DNA from: an uncultured delta proteobacterium
GTDB lineage: Bacteria > Desulfobacterota > Binatia > Binatales > Binataceae
Reading direction: 5' to 3'
Assembly (NCBI GenBank): GCA_963756155.1
Contig: CAVWMQ010000001.1
Location: 602,380-666,379 of the forward strand
DNA: 64,000 bases
This document shows positions 26,645 through 36,772 of the stretch, one piece after another (the first letter of the stretch is position 1; each line of letters opens with the position of its first letter). The position numbers and the translations under genes are program-made. The notes under the pieces were generated by a model. The model saw nothing but the letters and a program-made list of their open reading frames with translations. It did not search any database and was not told where the DNA came from.

Positions 26645-28114
26645 TCAGGCCTCGGGCTTCAGTGCAAAGTACATCGTGCCCTCATCGCGCCTGACCAGCA
26701 GCAGCACCATCTTGCCCTTGCCGCTTTGCTTGAGCGCCTGCTGGTAGGCGTCGACGTCCTGGACCGAGGCGCGGTTGACCTCGAGGATGACGTCGCGCGC
26801 GCGCAGGCCGGCCTCGTCCGCGCGACTGCCCGGCGCCACCGACGCAATCACCACTCCGCCTTTCGCGCTGATCCCCAGCTCGTGTGCGAGGTCGGCGCTC
26901 AAGTCTTTGACGTGCAGGCCGAACGGCGAGGGGGTTCCGATCTCCGGCTTCTCGGGCGTCTCCGCCGAGGCGAGCTCGGTCTCCTTGGACTCGGTGATGG
27001 TGACGGTGAATTTCTTGACTTGCTTGTCGCGGATCACCGAGAGCGTGGCGGTCTGCCCGACGCCGGTGCGCGAGACCATCAGCGGAAGCTCGCGCTGATC
27101 GTCAATCGGCTGGTTGTCGTAAGCGACGATCACGTCGCCGGTATTGACGCCGGCTTTTTTGGCCGGCCCGTCCTTCAACACCTCGGCTACCAGCGCGCCC
27201 TTTGCCTCCGGTAATCCGAGCGTCTCCGCCAACTCGGGCGTGACGTGCTGGATATAGACGCCGAGCCATCCACGGACCACCTTGCCCGCGGACCTGAGCT
27301 GCAGCAGCTCGTCCTTGACCATGTTGACCGGGATCGCGAAGCCGATTCCCATGTTCGATCCGGTGCGCGTGTAGATCGCGGAATTGACGCCGATCACTTC
27401 GCCATGAGTATCGATCAGCGGCCCACCGGAATTGCCCGGGTTGATCGACGCGTCGGTCTGGATGAAGTCGTCGAAGTTGCCCGGGATGAAGCGGCCCTTG
27501 GCGCTGACCACTCCGACCGTCACCGAATGATCGAAGCCAAACGGATTGCCGATCGCCATCACCCATTCGCCGACTTTGAGATCGTCGGAGTTGCCCAGTG
27601 GCGCGACCGGCAGGTCGTGCTTGGCGTCGATCTTGAGCAAGGCGACGTCGGTCTTCGCGTCGCGCCCGATGAGCCGGGCGGTATAATTGCGGCCGTCCTG
27701 GGTGGTGACGGTTATCTTGGACGGATTCTCGATCACGTGATCGTTGGTGATGACCAGGCCGTCCTTGCTGACGATGAACCCGGAGCCAAGGCTCTTGGGC
27801 CTGGGTCCGCCGTAATCCTCGAACGGGCTGTGGAATTCGCCCGGCGGAGGAGTCTGCGGCGCTTCACTCTCGGCGCCCGGCTCGTCGGCTTCGTCGGTGG
27901 AAATATTGACCACGGCGGGGCTGAGCTTGGCGGCGAGGTCGACAAAGTCGGGCATCGTCTGCGCTTTGGCGACGCCGCCCGAATTGGACAGCTCGGTCCA
28001 GAAGTGCTGCTGACTCAGGGGAGCATCGCCGCCGAAAGCGGGCGCGCCCGCGAAAATCAGGAGAGTAACTGCTGCGCCGAGGACACTAATGGGTCGAAAC
28101 AAATTAGGGAGCAT
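26645..28114 (-). CDS. degP: Do/DegP/DegQ serine endoprotease with two PDZ domains
   Basis: GSGFI, TNDHV, DVALLK, TDASINPGNSGGPL. Confidence 0.93.
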   Translation of the reverse strand: MLPNLFRPISVLGAAVTLLIFAGAPAFGGDAPLSQQHFWTELSNSGGVAKAQTMPDFVDLAAKLSPAVVNISTDEADEPGAESEAPQTPPPGEFHSPFEDYGGPRPKSLGSGFIVSKDGLVITNDHVIENPSKITVTTQDGRNYTARLIGRDAKTDVALLKIDAKHDLPVAPLGNSDDLKVGEWVMAIGNPFGFDHSVTVGVVSAKGRFIPGNFDDFIQTDASINPGNSGGPLIDTHGEVIGVNSAIYTRTGSNMGIGFAIPVNMVKDELLQLRSAGKVVRGWLGVYIQHVTPELAETLGLPEAKGALVAEVLKDGPAKKAGVNTGDVIVAYDNQPIDDQRELPLMVSRTGVGQTATLSVIRDKQVKKFTVTITESKETELASAETPEKPEIGTPSPFGLHVKDLSADLAHELGISAKGGVVIASVAPGSRADEAGLRARDVILEVNRASVQDVDAYQQALKQSGKGKMVLLLVRRDEGTMYFALKPEA

Positions 28115-28138
28115 TTCTCATCAGGCGGCGCCGGTGCT

Positions 28139-28651
28139 TTAGCGGCCCGGTTGTCTCACCAACTCAACGTATTTCATTCGCAAGTCAAAGAGAATCGCTT
28201 CGAGCAGGCCCTCTTCTTCACGATCGAGATTGCCGCGCGTCTTGTCGCGCAGAATTCCGATGATGTCGATGATCTGCTGGGCAGCCTTAAGGTCGCGCAT
28301 CCGCTCCCCGGTCGCCGGATCGGGCATCTCGCCCAAGGCAGCCAGCGCCTGCGTCGAGAGTCCCACCACGAAGGTGACGAAATTGATTTCGGCCTCAGGA
28401 TAGCCGGAGGCGCCTGGCGATGCCCCGGCTTTAGGCTGTGATTGCGATTGAGTCGAAGCAGTCGCGGGGTTGGCCTTGTCGCCATTGGCGGGTTTCGCGG
28501 CAGCGGCCGGCGCTTCGCGTGTGCTTTCGGCGGCAGGCTTCGACGCGGCTTCCGGTTTGGCTTCCGTGTCAGGCTTGGCCTCGCCTTCGGCGGAGAAGCG
28601 GCGCCGATCATCGACCTTGAAGCCCTTGGATTTCTCGTCCCCTTCGGCCAT
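28139..28651 (-). CDS. DUF1844 domain protein
   Basis: FKVDDRRRF, ALAALGEMPDP, IDII..L..KTRGNL..EE..LL...L..LRMKYV. Confidence 0.85.
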   Translation of the reverse strand: MAEGDEKSKGFKVDDRRRFSAEGEAKPDTEAKPEAASKPAAESTREAPAAAAKPANGDKANPATASTQSQSQPKAGASPGASGYPEAEINFVTFVVGLSTQALAALGEMPDPATGERMRDLKAAQQIIDIIGILRDKTRGNLDREEEGLLEAILFDLRMKYVELVRQPGR

Positions 28652-28656
28652 CGCGG

Positions 28657-29526
28657 CTACTGCAACGCTCCCGGCGTGGTCGCCATCTGCTCGAGTCGCC
28701 GGATGCGCTCCTCGATCGGTGGATGGGTCGAGAACAGGCGCGAGAGTCCCTGCGCGCTGAGCGGATTGACAATGAACAGATGCGCGGTGGCCGGCCCGGC
28801 CTGCTCCATCGGCATCCGCTCGTTGGATACTTCGAGCTTGCGGAGCGCGTTGGCGAGCAGCAGCGGGTCATGCGTGAGGCGCGCGCCGCTGGCGTCTGCC
28901 TGGTACTCGCGAGTACGCGAGATTGCGAGCTGGATCAGCGTGGCTGCGATCGGTGCGACGATGCCCGCGATGATCAGCGCTGGGAGCCCGCCTTCTTCGC
29001 CGTCGCGGTCGCCGCCCAGCCCGCCGAAAATCGCGCCCCACCTGACGAAGCTCGCGATCAGCATGATCGCGCCCGCCATGGTTGCCGCGATCGAGCTGGT
29101 CAGGATGTCGCGATTGATCACGTGTGAGAGCTCGTGACCGATTACGCCTTTGAGCTCCTCGCGGTTACAAACCCGCATGATGCCGCGAGTGACAGCGACG
29201 GCGGCGTGTTTCGGGTTGCGGCCGGTCGCGAACGCGTTGGGGGTGTCACTATCGATGAGGTAAAGGCGCGGCATCGGGATATGCGCGGCCTGCGCCAGCT
29301 CGTTGACGATCGAATAAAGCTCGGGCGCCGAGCTGGCGTCGAGCTCCTTGGCGCCGTAGGCGCGGAGCACGATTTTGTCGGAGAACCAGTAGCTCCCGAA
29401 GTTCATCACCACGGCGATCACGAAGGCGATCGCCACGCCGCCGCGGCCGCCGAGCAGGCCGCCAATGACGATCACCAGCGCGGTCATGAGGCCGAGCAGG
29501 AAAGCGGTTTTGATCATGCTGGACAT
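28657..29526 (-). CDS. htpX: Zinc metalloprotease HtpX
   Basis: PNAFATGRNP, HELSH, SRTREYQAD, FSTHPP..ERI. Confidence 0.96.
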   Translation of the reverse strand: MSSMIKTAFLLGLMTALVIVIGGLLGGRGGVAIAFVIAVVMNFGSYWFSDKIVLRAYGAKELDASSAPELYSIVNELAQAAHIPMPRLYLIDSDTPNAFATGRNPKHAAVAVTRGIMRVCNREELKGVIGHELSHVINRDILTSSIAATMAGAIMLIASFVRWGAIFGGLGGDRDGEEGGLPALIIAGIVAPIAATLIQLAISRTREYQADASGARLTHDPLLLANALRKLEVSNERMPMEQAGPATAHLFIVNPLSAQGLSRLFSTHPPIEERIRRLEQMATTPGALQ

Positions 29527-29527
29527 T

Positions 29528-29582
29528 TAGTTAATCGGCTTCGCGTAGTTAATCGGCTTCGCGCAGTTCAGTCCGCTTCGCG
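29528..29582. repeat. 18-bp tandem repeat (2 exact + 1 degenerate) abutting the htpX start codon
   Basis: TAGTTAATCGGCTTCGCG x2 then CAGTTCAGTCCGCTTCGCG. Confidence 0.85.
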
Positions 29583-29711
29583 GCCAATTGCAGTGCGCGC
29601 AGGTCATTTTGAAGCTACGCCACGCGATTTTTTCAGTCAAATAAACCCTGGCGCGCCTGACCTTTGCGACTCGTCCCAAGAGAATATCAGATAAACAGAC
29701 GTTCGATATCG

Positions 29712-30737
29712 TTATTCGACAGAGAGCGCGCAAATCGCCGCGTACACCTCGGCGGGCTCGATCGACGCAATCGGCTCGCGCCTGATGACCGCGATCTTTC
29801 CGAGCGGACGCCATTGTGCCGGGTCGGTCGGGCCGAACAACACGACGCCGCACGCGCCGGCCGCGGACGCGAGATGCGAAACGCCTGAATCGTTGCCTAC
29901 GAAGGCCGTCGCAAGCCGCGCGATTCCCGCTACGGCGCCGAGCTCGAGGCCGCGCAGGGTCGCGGATCGGTGCGCCGCCAGCGCGCTCTCGAGCGCGGCC
30001 TCCGCAGGCCCGTGCACGAACACCGCGCGCCCGGCCAGCATCGTCGCGAGCGCCGCGAATTTTTCCGCGGGCCAGTTCTTCGCCGCGCTGCCGCTGCCCG
30101 GGAAAATCGCGACGAAATTCCCCGGGTCGATTCCGAGTGCTGCAAGCCGCGCCGAGGCCGACTCCAAATCTTCTCTTCGAAGTTCGAGCCGCGAGTCGTG
30201 CGCGACGAGTTCCGCGCCCGCAGAGCTCGAGCCCAGGATGGCTCGTAGATATCCGGTGGCGACGTGGCCCTCGCCGGAAGGACGGAACGGATGAAACGTG
30301 ACTCTGCGCCCGCACGCCTGGCTGAGCCGGCGGCGAAAGTTCGCATCGTCGGCCGCAAAGAACGAGTAGATCGCGTCGAACTGACCGAAGAACTCGCGCG
30401 TGCTCGCATCGATATCGACATCGATGTCGGTGTCGTTTTCGATGCCGAATTCTCGAGAAGCTCTGAACAGATCGCTCACTTCGCGCCGGTCGATTGAATG
30501 TGCTCGTGAAGGTGCACGCGAGTGTCGCGCGCCCGCATCGGCGAAATCGATCCGCTCGACGACGAGTCGCGCCAGCTCCGCGCGCGCCATCAGATCGATG
30601 GAGCTGTCGCGATGCCGTCGCGCGATCGCTCGCATCGCAGGCAGCAGGCAGATGAGGTCGCCGAGCGCGCCGGGAAAGATGATCAGTACGCGCCGCGACG
30701 CATCATTTTCTGCTGCTTCGACGGCGTCCGTCTTCAT
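29712..30737 (-). CDS. Glycosyltransferase family 9 (heptosyltransferase-like)
   Basis: PGALGD, PGSGS..KNWP, FVGNDSGVSHLA, LFGPTDP..WRP. Confidence 0.9.
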   Translation of the reverse strand: MKTDAVEAAENDASRRVLIIFPGALGDLICLLPAMRAIARRHRDSSIDLMARAELARLVVERIDFADAGARHSRAPSRAHSIDRREVSDLFRASREFGIENDTDIDVDIDASTREFFGQFDAIYSFFAADDANFRRRLSQACGRRVTFHPFRPSGEGHVATGYLRAILGSSSAGAELVAHDSRLELRREDLESASARLAALGIDPGNFVAIFPGSGSAAKNWPAEKFAALATMLAGRAVFVHGPAEAALESALAAHRSATLRGLELGAVAGIARLATAFVGNDSGVSHLASAAGACGVVLFGPTDPAQWRPLGKIAVIRREPIASIEPAEVYAAICALSVE

Positions 30738-30811
30738 AAATTTTCCGGCGTACTGATAGTACTGCCGCGGACATTCGCAAAACACCGCAGGTTACGGCTA
30801 GAATTGCCGCT

Positions 30812-31747
30812 ATGCCGATAAGCGTCGCAGATTCGCCACTCGATCTGATAGGCCACACTCCGGTGGTGCGCCTCAACCGCCTCCCCGGCAAAGACGATGC
30901 CCAGGTGTGGGCCAAGCTCGAGAACTTCAACCCGGGCGGAAGCGTCAAGGATCGAATTTGTCTCGCGATGATCGAGGCGGCCGAGCGCGCCGGCCGGATC
31001 AAGCCCGGTGACACGATCGTCGAGCCGACCTCCGGCAACACCGGAATCGGCCTTGCGCTGGTCGCCGCGGTCAAGGGCTATCATCTGATACTGACGATGC
31101 CGGACACGATGAGCGAAGAACGCCGCTCACTGCTGGTCGCGTATGGCGCGAAGCTGGTGCTCACGCCCGACACGCGCGGGATGCACGGCGCGATCGCGAA
31201 GGCCGAGGAGCTGGTGCGCGACAACCCGAACTATTATATGCCGCAGCAATTCAGCAACGCGGCCAATCCCGAGATGCATTACAAGACCACCGGGCCGGAG
31301 CTTATCGAACAGCTTCCGCAAATCGATGCGTTCATTTCCGGCGTCGGCACCGGCGGCACTATCACCGGAGCAGGCCGCTACTTGCGCGAGCACCTCAAGA
31401 ACAAGGTGCTGATCGTCGCGGTCGAACCCAAAAACTCGCCGGTGCTGTCGGGCGGTGAAGCGGGCTTTCACAAGATCCAGGGAATCGGGGCGGGCTTCGT
31501 GCCCAAGAACCTCGACACTCACGTTTATGACGAAGTGATCGCGGTCAGCGATGAAGACGCGACTAACTACTCGCGCCGGCTCGCGCGCGAAGAGGGAATC
31601 CTGGTCGGAATTTCTTCGGGCGCGAATTGCTGTGCCGCGCTGGAAGTCGCCAAACGGCTCGGCCGCGGCAAGGTCGTGGTCGTGGTCTTCTGCGACACCG
31701 GCGAGCGCTATCTCACCACCGATCTCTTCCAGGCCGAAGGAATCTGA
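30812..31747 (+). CDS. cysK: Cysteine synthase A
   Basis: [38 protein letters not shown]. Confidence 0.96.
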   Translation: MPISVADSPLDLIGHTPVVRLNRLPGKDDAQVWAKLENFNPGGSVKDRICLAMIEAAERAGRIKPGDTIVEPTSGNTGIGLALVAAVKGYHLILTMPDTMSEERRSLLVAYGAKLVLTPDTRGMHGAIAKAEELVRDNPNYYMPQQFSNAANPEMHYKTTGPELIEQLPQIDAFISGVGTGGTITGAGRYLREHLKNKVLIVAVEPKNSPVLSGGEAGFHKIQGIGAGFVPKNLDTHVYDEVIAVSDEDATNYSRRLAREEGILVGISSGANCCAALEVAKRLGRGKVVVVVFCDTGERYLTTDLFQAEGI

Positions 31748-31801
31748 CCGTCCGCAAAACTTCAGATCTTCAATCAGTCCATCGATCGGTCAATCAATCA
31801 A

Positions 31802-32638
31802 ATGGGCGCAGCCGCGGGCACGGTAAAATCGGGATTCGCCGACATCAATGGCGCGCGGCTCTACTACGAGACCGCCGGCGAGGGGTTTCCCGTCGTCCTG
31901 CTTCACGCGGGAGTTGCCGACCGGCGGATGTGGGACGCGGAGTTCCTGGCGCTGGCGCGCGATTATCGCGTGGTCCGCTATGACGCGCGCTCGTTCGGCA
32001 AGTCGCCGATAGTGTCGGGTCCGTATTCGAAGCGCGACGACCTTTACGGTCTGCTGAAATTCCTGGGGATCGGGAAAGCCTGCCTGGTGGGCTGTTCGAT
32101 GGGCGGCGAGACCGTAATCGATTTCGCGCTGGAGCATCCGGAGCAAACTGCCGGACTGGTGCTGGTCGGCGCAGGAGTCGGCGGCTACAACGAATGGTCG
32201 GAAGACACCGGCCGGATGGAGATGGAGATTTTCACCGCGGTCAGGGACGGCGATCTGAAGCGGGCACTCGAGCTCCAGGCCAAGGAGTGGATCGACGGCC
32301 CCGCGCGCGGTCCCGAGCGAATCGATCCGGCGTTCCGCGCCCGCGCGCGAAAACTGCTCGGGGACAATTTCAGCCGCGAGCTGTTCGTCGCCCAACTGGA
32401 AGAACGTCCGTTGACGCCGCCGGCGATTGGGCGGCTCGGCGAAATCCGCGTCCCGACGCTGGTGATAGTCGGCGATGCCGACATTCCTGAAATGGCGAAG
32501 ATGGCGGACGTCATGGCCGGGAAGATCGCGGGCGCGCGCAAAGTGGTAATTCCCAACACCGCGCACATGGTCAATATGGAACGGCCGCGCGAGTTCGAAC
32601 GGCTGCTGATTGAGTTTCTCGCTGGCGCCGCGCGATGA
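31802..32638 (+). CDS. Alpha/beta-fold hydrolase
   Basis: LLHAG, GCSMGG, TAHMVNME. Confidence 0.9.
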   Translation: MGAAAGTVKSGFADINGARLYYETAGEGFPVVLLHAGVADRRMWDAEFLALARDYRVVRYDARSFGKSPIVSGPYSKRDDLYGLLKFLGIGKACLVGCSMGGETVIDFALEHPEQTAGLVLVGAGVGGYNEWSEDTGRMEMEIFTAVRDGDLKRALELQAKEWIDGPARGPERIDPAFRARARKLLGDNFSRELFVAQLEERPLTPPAIGRLGEIRVPTLVIVGDADIPEMAKMADVMAGKIAGARKVVIPNTAHMVNMERPREFERLLIEFLAGAAR

Positions 32639-32687
32639 GCCGCGACGCGCGATAGCTGATAGTATAGTTGGCGTGACAGCTGAATTG

Positions 32688-33521
32688 ATGGACACCCTGG
32701 CTCAGAAGCTCGACCGCCTGCGCGCGATCTTCACGCCGATGAAATCGGTGATCGTCGCGTTTTCGGGCGGAGTCGACTCGACCTTCGTGCTCAAGGTCGC
32801 CTACGATACTATCGGCGACCGCGTGCTCGCGCTGACCACCACCTCGCCCACGATGCCGGAGCAGGACCGCGACTCAGCGCTCGAGATGGGACGGCTGATC
32901 GGCGCGCGCCATCTGCTGATCGAATCGAATGAGCTGGAAATTCCCGGCTACTCGGCGAATCCGATCAACCGATGCTACCTGTGCAAGAGCAACCTGTTCA
33001 CCGAATGCGAGGCGAAGGCGGCTGAACTCGGGATCGACAAGATCGTCGACGGCCTCAATCTCGACGACCTGCATGACTACCGTCCCGGGATGAAAGCGGC
33101 ATCAGAAAAGCGCGTGCGCCATCCGCTGGTCGAGGCCGAGTTCAGCAAGGCCGAGATTCGCGAGCTCTCGCGGAGCCTCGGGCTCCCGACCTGGGACCGG
33201 CCCGCGTCGCCGTGCCTGTCCTCGCGCTTTCCATATGGGACCGAGATCACGCCCGAAGGTTTGAGGAAGGTCGCGGAGGGCGAAAAGCTGCTGCGCGCGC
33301 TGGGATTCAAGGTCTGCCGGGTGCGCTACCACGGCGACGTGGCGCGGCTGGAGCTGGAACAGAGCGAGATGGCGCGAATCTTCGCGCCGGAGCTGCGCAA
33401 GACCGTCGAGCGCGAGTTCCAGAAAATCGGTTTCCGCTTCGTCGCGATCGATTTGAAAGGCTTTCGCTCCGGCTCGCTCAACGAAGGTATCGCGCGGACA
33501 ACGCCCGCCACGAATTCCTAA
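32688..33521 (+). CDS. larE: LarE-family ATP-dependent sulfur transferase
   Basis: AFSGGVDS PP-loop, RCYLCK, DDLHDYRPG, SPCLSSRFPYG, RVRYHG, GFRSGSLN. Confidence 0.9.
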   Translation: MDTLAQKLDRLRAIFTPMKSVIVAFSGGVDSTFVLKVAYDTIGDRVLALTTTSPTMPEQDRDSALEMGRLIGARHLLIESNELEIPGYSANPINRCYLCKSNLFTECEAKAAELGIDKIVDGLNLDDLHDYRPGMKAASEKRVRHPLVEAEFSKAEIRELSRSLGLPTWDRPASPCLSSRFPYGTEITPEGLRKVAEGEKLLRALGFKVCRVRYHGDVARLELEQSEMARIFAPELRKTVEREFQKIGFRFVAIDLKGFRSGSLNEGIARTTPATNS

Positions 33522-33563
33522 GCGCCAACGATCCGCGCGGCCGCCCAAGAGTTTCGCCTCCCA

Positions 33564-33785
33564 ATGAAAAACTCATCCAAACGTCCGGACAGGGACACGC
33601 GAGCCGATCAGCGATTGCTCGACGCAGCCGGGCAAGCGGACGTTTACGAGGCCACCCGGCAAGGTATGGCCGACATCATTCACGGGCGGACGCGCCCCGC
33701 CCGCGAAGTGTTCGACGAGCTCCGCGGGCGGCATGGCATATTGCCGTCCAGTGCCGAGAAGAAGAAAAGCCCTCGCACGAAATGA
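33564..33785 (+). pseudogene. C-terminal remnant of a Phd/YefM-type antitoxin
   Basis: QRLLDAAGQADVYEATRQGMADIIHGRTRPAREVFDELRGRHGI resembles an antitoxin C-terminal half; N-terminal DNA-binding part and toxin absent. Confidence 0.55.
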
Positions 33786-33829
33786 CGCAAAGTTGTTCGG
33801 GAAAATTCGTTCGTTCGCTGTGTTCGAAC

Positions 33830-34513
33830 CTAGCGCCAGCTTGCGGCCAGGGACTCGGCGAGGCGTAGGTCGTCGGCGGTGGTGATTTTCAGGTTTAGGG
33901 CCGAGGCTTCTACGATCTCGACGCGAACGCCGGCTCGTTCCGCCAGGTCAGCATCGTCGGTTGCCGTCAGGTTCTCCCGCATCGCGCGCGCGTGAGCGTC
34001 GACCAGCGAAACGCGGCGAAATGCCTGCGGCGTTTGCGCCTGCCACAAGCCGGCACGCGCGACGGTGCTTTCGATCGTATTGCCGCGCGCGCGCTTGAGC
34101 GTGTCGGCAACCGGAATCGCGGCGATAGCACCGCCCGAGCGCGCGGCCGCCTCCAGGCACGCCTGGAACAGCGCGGCGGTGGCGAATGGGCGGGCGGCAT
34201 CGTGCACGATGACCAGTTCACTTTCCGCGCTGGTGAGCGCGAGCGCGATTCGCACCGAGTCCTGCCGCTCGGCGCCGCCGGGCGTTATCTTCACCGGGAT
34301 CGTCAGGCCTGCCGTACTCACCTCATGCCGCGCCGCCGACTCCATTCCGGCCGGCACCGCGATTACCGCTTCGAAAATCGGGGAGACTTTGCTGATAGTG
34401 CCAAGCGAATAGGAAAGCATCGCGCGTCCCGCAACGCTGACGAACGCCTTGGGCTCGCCGCGTCCCAGGCGCGTTCCGCTTCCGGCGGCGACGATAATCG
34501 CTGACGCGCGCAT
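33830..34513 (-). CDS. ispD: 2-C-methyl-D-erythritol 4-phosphate cytidylyltransferase
   Basis: AAGSGTRLG...PKAF, GGAERQDSV, VHDAARP, AQTPQAF, NLKITT..DL. Confidence 0.96.
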   Translation of the reverse strand: MRASAIIVAAGSGTRLGRGEPKAFVSVAGRAMLSYSLGTISKVSPIFEAVIAVPAGMESAARHEVSTAGLTIPVKITPGGAERQDSVRIALALTSAESELVIVHDAARPFATAALFQACLEAAARSGGAIAAIPVADTLKRARGNTIESTVARAGLWQAQTPQAFRRVSLVDAHARAMRENLTATDDADLAERAGVRVEIVEASALNLKITTADDLRLAESLAASWR

Positions 34514-34566
34514 CGTAGCAGGGACGCGCTAGCGGAGAATCGGCGCGCAATGCGGCGCTGCGGGCG

Positions 34567-35901
34567 TCATTTCGAAGCCGACTTGCTTGGCGCGGCGCCG
34601 ATGAATTTGGCGATAGCGTCGATCACTTCCACGTCGACGTGGCCGGGAATCTGGTAGTCCTTGGGTCCGGATGGTCCGCTGCCCGCGATGAACAGATGGT
34701 TCAACTTGGGGAATGATTCGACCCGCACTTTGGTGCCCTTGAGTCCGGCTTGCCATTTGCGGATGTCAGCGTCGATGGTCTGGTAGTCCCGCTCGCCGTG
34801 CAGAATCAGGATGGGGCGGCCGAGCGCCCGCGCGATCGCGATCTCATCGCGTGCGTCGAGGTCCGTATAGTACGACGACGGTAGTCCGAGCCAGTCGCCC
34901 GGCGGCATTTTCCCCGCCATCAGCTCGTTGGCCTGGCGCTCCACGTCCATCATCTCTTGTGGCGAGGCGGCTTTCAGATAGCGCATCTGGTCGACGATTA
35001 TCTGCGGAAACGGACGCGCCGTCGGCGCCAGCATCACGATACCGCCGACCGGCGCTGCCTTGGTCGCGATTTCGGGCGCCACCACGGCGCCGAGGCCGTG
35101 CCCGATAACAAACACGCGCGCGGAATCGACTTCCGGCTGATGCTTCATCAGGTTCACCGCGGCGACGGCGTCTTCGATTTCTTCCTGATCGACGGTGATA
35201 TGTTTCAGATCCAGATCCGGGTAGGCGAAAGTGCGTTTGTCGAAACGCAGCACGGCGACGCCGCGCGAGGAAAGCCCCTCGGCAATATCCTTGAAGGGAC
35301 GATTTGCGCCGATCTTCTCGTCGCGATCATGGGGACCCGAGTCGCTGACCAGCACCGCTGCGGGGAATTTGCCCTTGCCGTTCGGAATGGTGAGCGTGCC
35401 ACCGAGTGCGGTCGGAACTGCGCCGACGATCACCTCCTCGGAATGAAACGCGGAGCTATTCGCATACGGCGGCGATGCGACGGTTTGCGCGGCGGCGTGC
35501 GGCGGTTCGGAGGAGCCGGGCGTCTTGAAGGAGAGGCCGGAGATCTCGCCGCTGGCCTGATTTACGCTGCAAGTGGCCTCGAGATTCGGTTCCTGCTCGA
35601 ACGTGAGATACACGATTCGGGTGTCGTTACCGCCGGCGCTGGTGCGCTTGGTGATTTCCCATTTAAGCAGCTTGCCGCTTCCGCTAGTAACCTGGGTCCA
35701 AATCGTCTCGAGCCGAGGGGGCGGCACGGCCGATTTGACCTTGGCGTTGAAGTGCGCGGTTGCGGCGTTGAAGTCGCCCTTCTGGATCGCGGCGAACAAC
35801 TCGGTGCAGCGCAGGTCGGCGTCAGAGGCAGTTGCGGCGCGGCAGGCAATCGGAGCCACTAGAGTGACGATCAGCAGGCTTATCGCGAGCGACGATTTCA
35901 T
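34567..35901 (-). CDS. Exported alpha/beta hydrolase with N-terminal DUF3887-like domain
   Basis: GTLTIP, SGPHDRDE, LRFDKR, LNHLF; nucleophile elbow reads GHGLG rather than GHSLG. Confidence 0.8.
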   Translation of the reverse strand: MKSSLAISLLIVTLVAPIACRAATASDADLRCTELFAAIQKGDFNAATAHFNAKVKSAVPPPRLETIWTQVTSGSGKLLKWEITKRTSAGGNDTRIVYLTFEQEPNLEATCSVNQASGEISGLSFKTPGSSEPPHAAAQTVASPPYANSSAFHSEEVIVGAVPTALGGTLTIPNGKGKFPAAVLVSDSGPHDRDEKIGANRPFKDIAEGLSSRGVAVLRFDKRTFAYPDLDLKHITVDQEEIEDAVAAVNLMKHQPEVDSARVFVIGHGLGAVVAPEIATKAAPVGGIVMLAPTARPFPQIIVDQMRYLKAASPQEMMDVERQANELMAGKMPPGDWLGLPSSYYTDLDARDEIAIARALGRPILILHGERDYQTIDADIRKWQAGLKGTKVRVESFPKLNHLFIAGSGPSGPKDYQIPGHVDVEVIDAIAKFIGAAPSKSASK

Positions 35902-36012
35902 CCCAACCCTCCTGCGTGTTTTATGAGACCGAGCAGGGAAAATGAAGATGCTCGCGAAAAAGTGGCCCCCGCAGAGAAGGGCGGGTGAGGGAATTATCCA
36001 GACCGGGCGCGG

Positions 36013-36047
36013 AAAAGAAAAGGTCGGGGAAAATCCCGGCCCTTTTC
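36013..36047 (-). terminator. Probable intrinsic terminator downstream of carD
   Basis: Imperfect stem GAAAAGGTCGGGGA / TCCCGGCCCTTTTC with a T-run on the minus strand. Confidence 0.55.
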
Positions 36048-36072
36048 GTCGCGGTTTTGAACCAGGATCGCG

Positions 36073-36567
36073 TCAGTTCGCGAAGATCGTCTTGAGCTCT
36101 TCCATGATCTTCTCTTCCGGATGAGCCTTGGCGATCGACAGTTCCTTGACCAACAGGCTGCGCGCCGTGTCCAGCATCTTGCGCTCACCGAAGGAAAGTT
36201 CCTTGTCGCCCTTGAGCACAAGGAGGTCGCGCAGCACCTTGGCGATTTCCAGCGGCGAGCCGGTCTTGATCTTTTCCGTGTATTCCCGGTAGCGGCGGTT
36301 CCAGGTCTGGGTGTCGACCTCGACTTTGCGCTGGCGCAGGATCTTGTAGATTTTATCGACCATGTCCTTGCCGATTACACGTCGCAGGCCGACCTGCTCG
36401 ACGTTCTCGGTCGGAATCATGATCGTCATTTTCTCGGTGCCGAGGATGCGCAGCATGTAGAACCGGCGTTCGGTTCCGGAGATGACGCGCATCTGGATAT
36501 CCTCGATCACGGCGACGCCATGAGCGGGATAGACGACCTTCTCACCCTTCTTGAAAGGCAAATTCAT
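36073..36567 (-). CDS. carD: CarD/CdnL family transcription factor
   Basis: FKKGEKVVYPAHGV, WNRRYREY.EKIKTG, LSFGERKML. Confidence 0.95.
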   Translation of the reverse strand: MNLPFKKGEKVVYPAHGVAVIEDIQMRVISGTERRFYMLRILGTEKMTIMIPTENVEQVGLRRVIGKDMVDKIYKILRQRKVEVDTQTWNRRYREYTEKIKTGSPLEIAKVLRDLLVLKGDKELSFGERKMLDTARSLLVKELSIAKAHPEEKIMEELKTIFAN

Positions 36568-36772
36568 AGGGATTTCGGCATTCTAGCGCAGGCCTTCCGA
36601 TTTCAGAGGAGGTTGATGACCGTTGCTTGGCGGGGTTCACCACCATCTGAGCAGCCTGAAATGCGTTGAGTTCATTGTGGCATAAATTTAGCGTGTTTGT
36701 AACCCCGCTCTTGAGAGTGTTCAAAACTTATACAAAGAGCAAACGATGTTTGTTAGTGTAGCGGGCGCTCGC

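Noticed and set aside
36570-36770. Structured RNA upstream of carD (GGTGAACCCCGCCAAG looked SRP-like)
   Set aside because: Lacks the SRP helix-8 CAGG..GGAA..AGCAG motif and no riboswitch consensus was recognised
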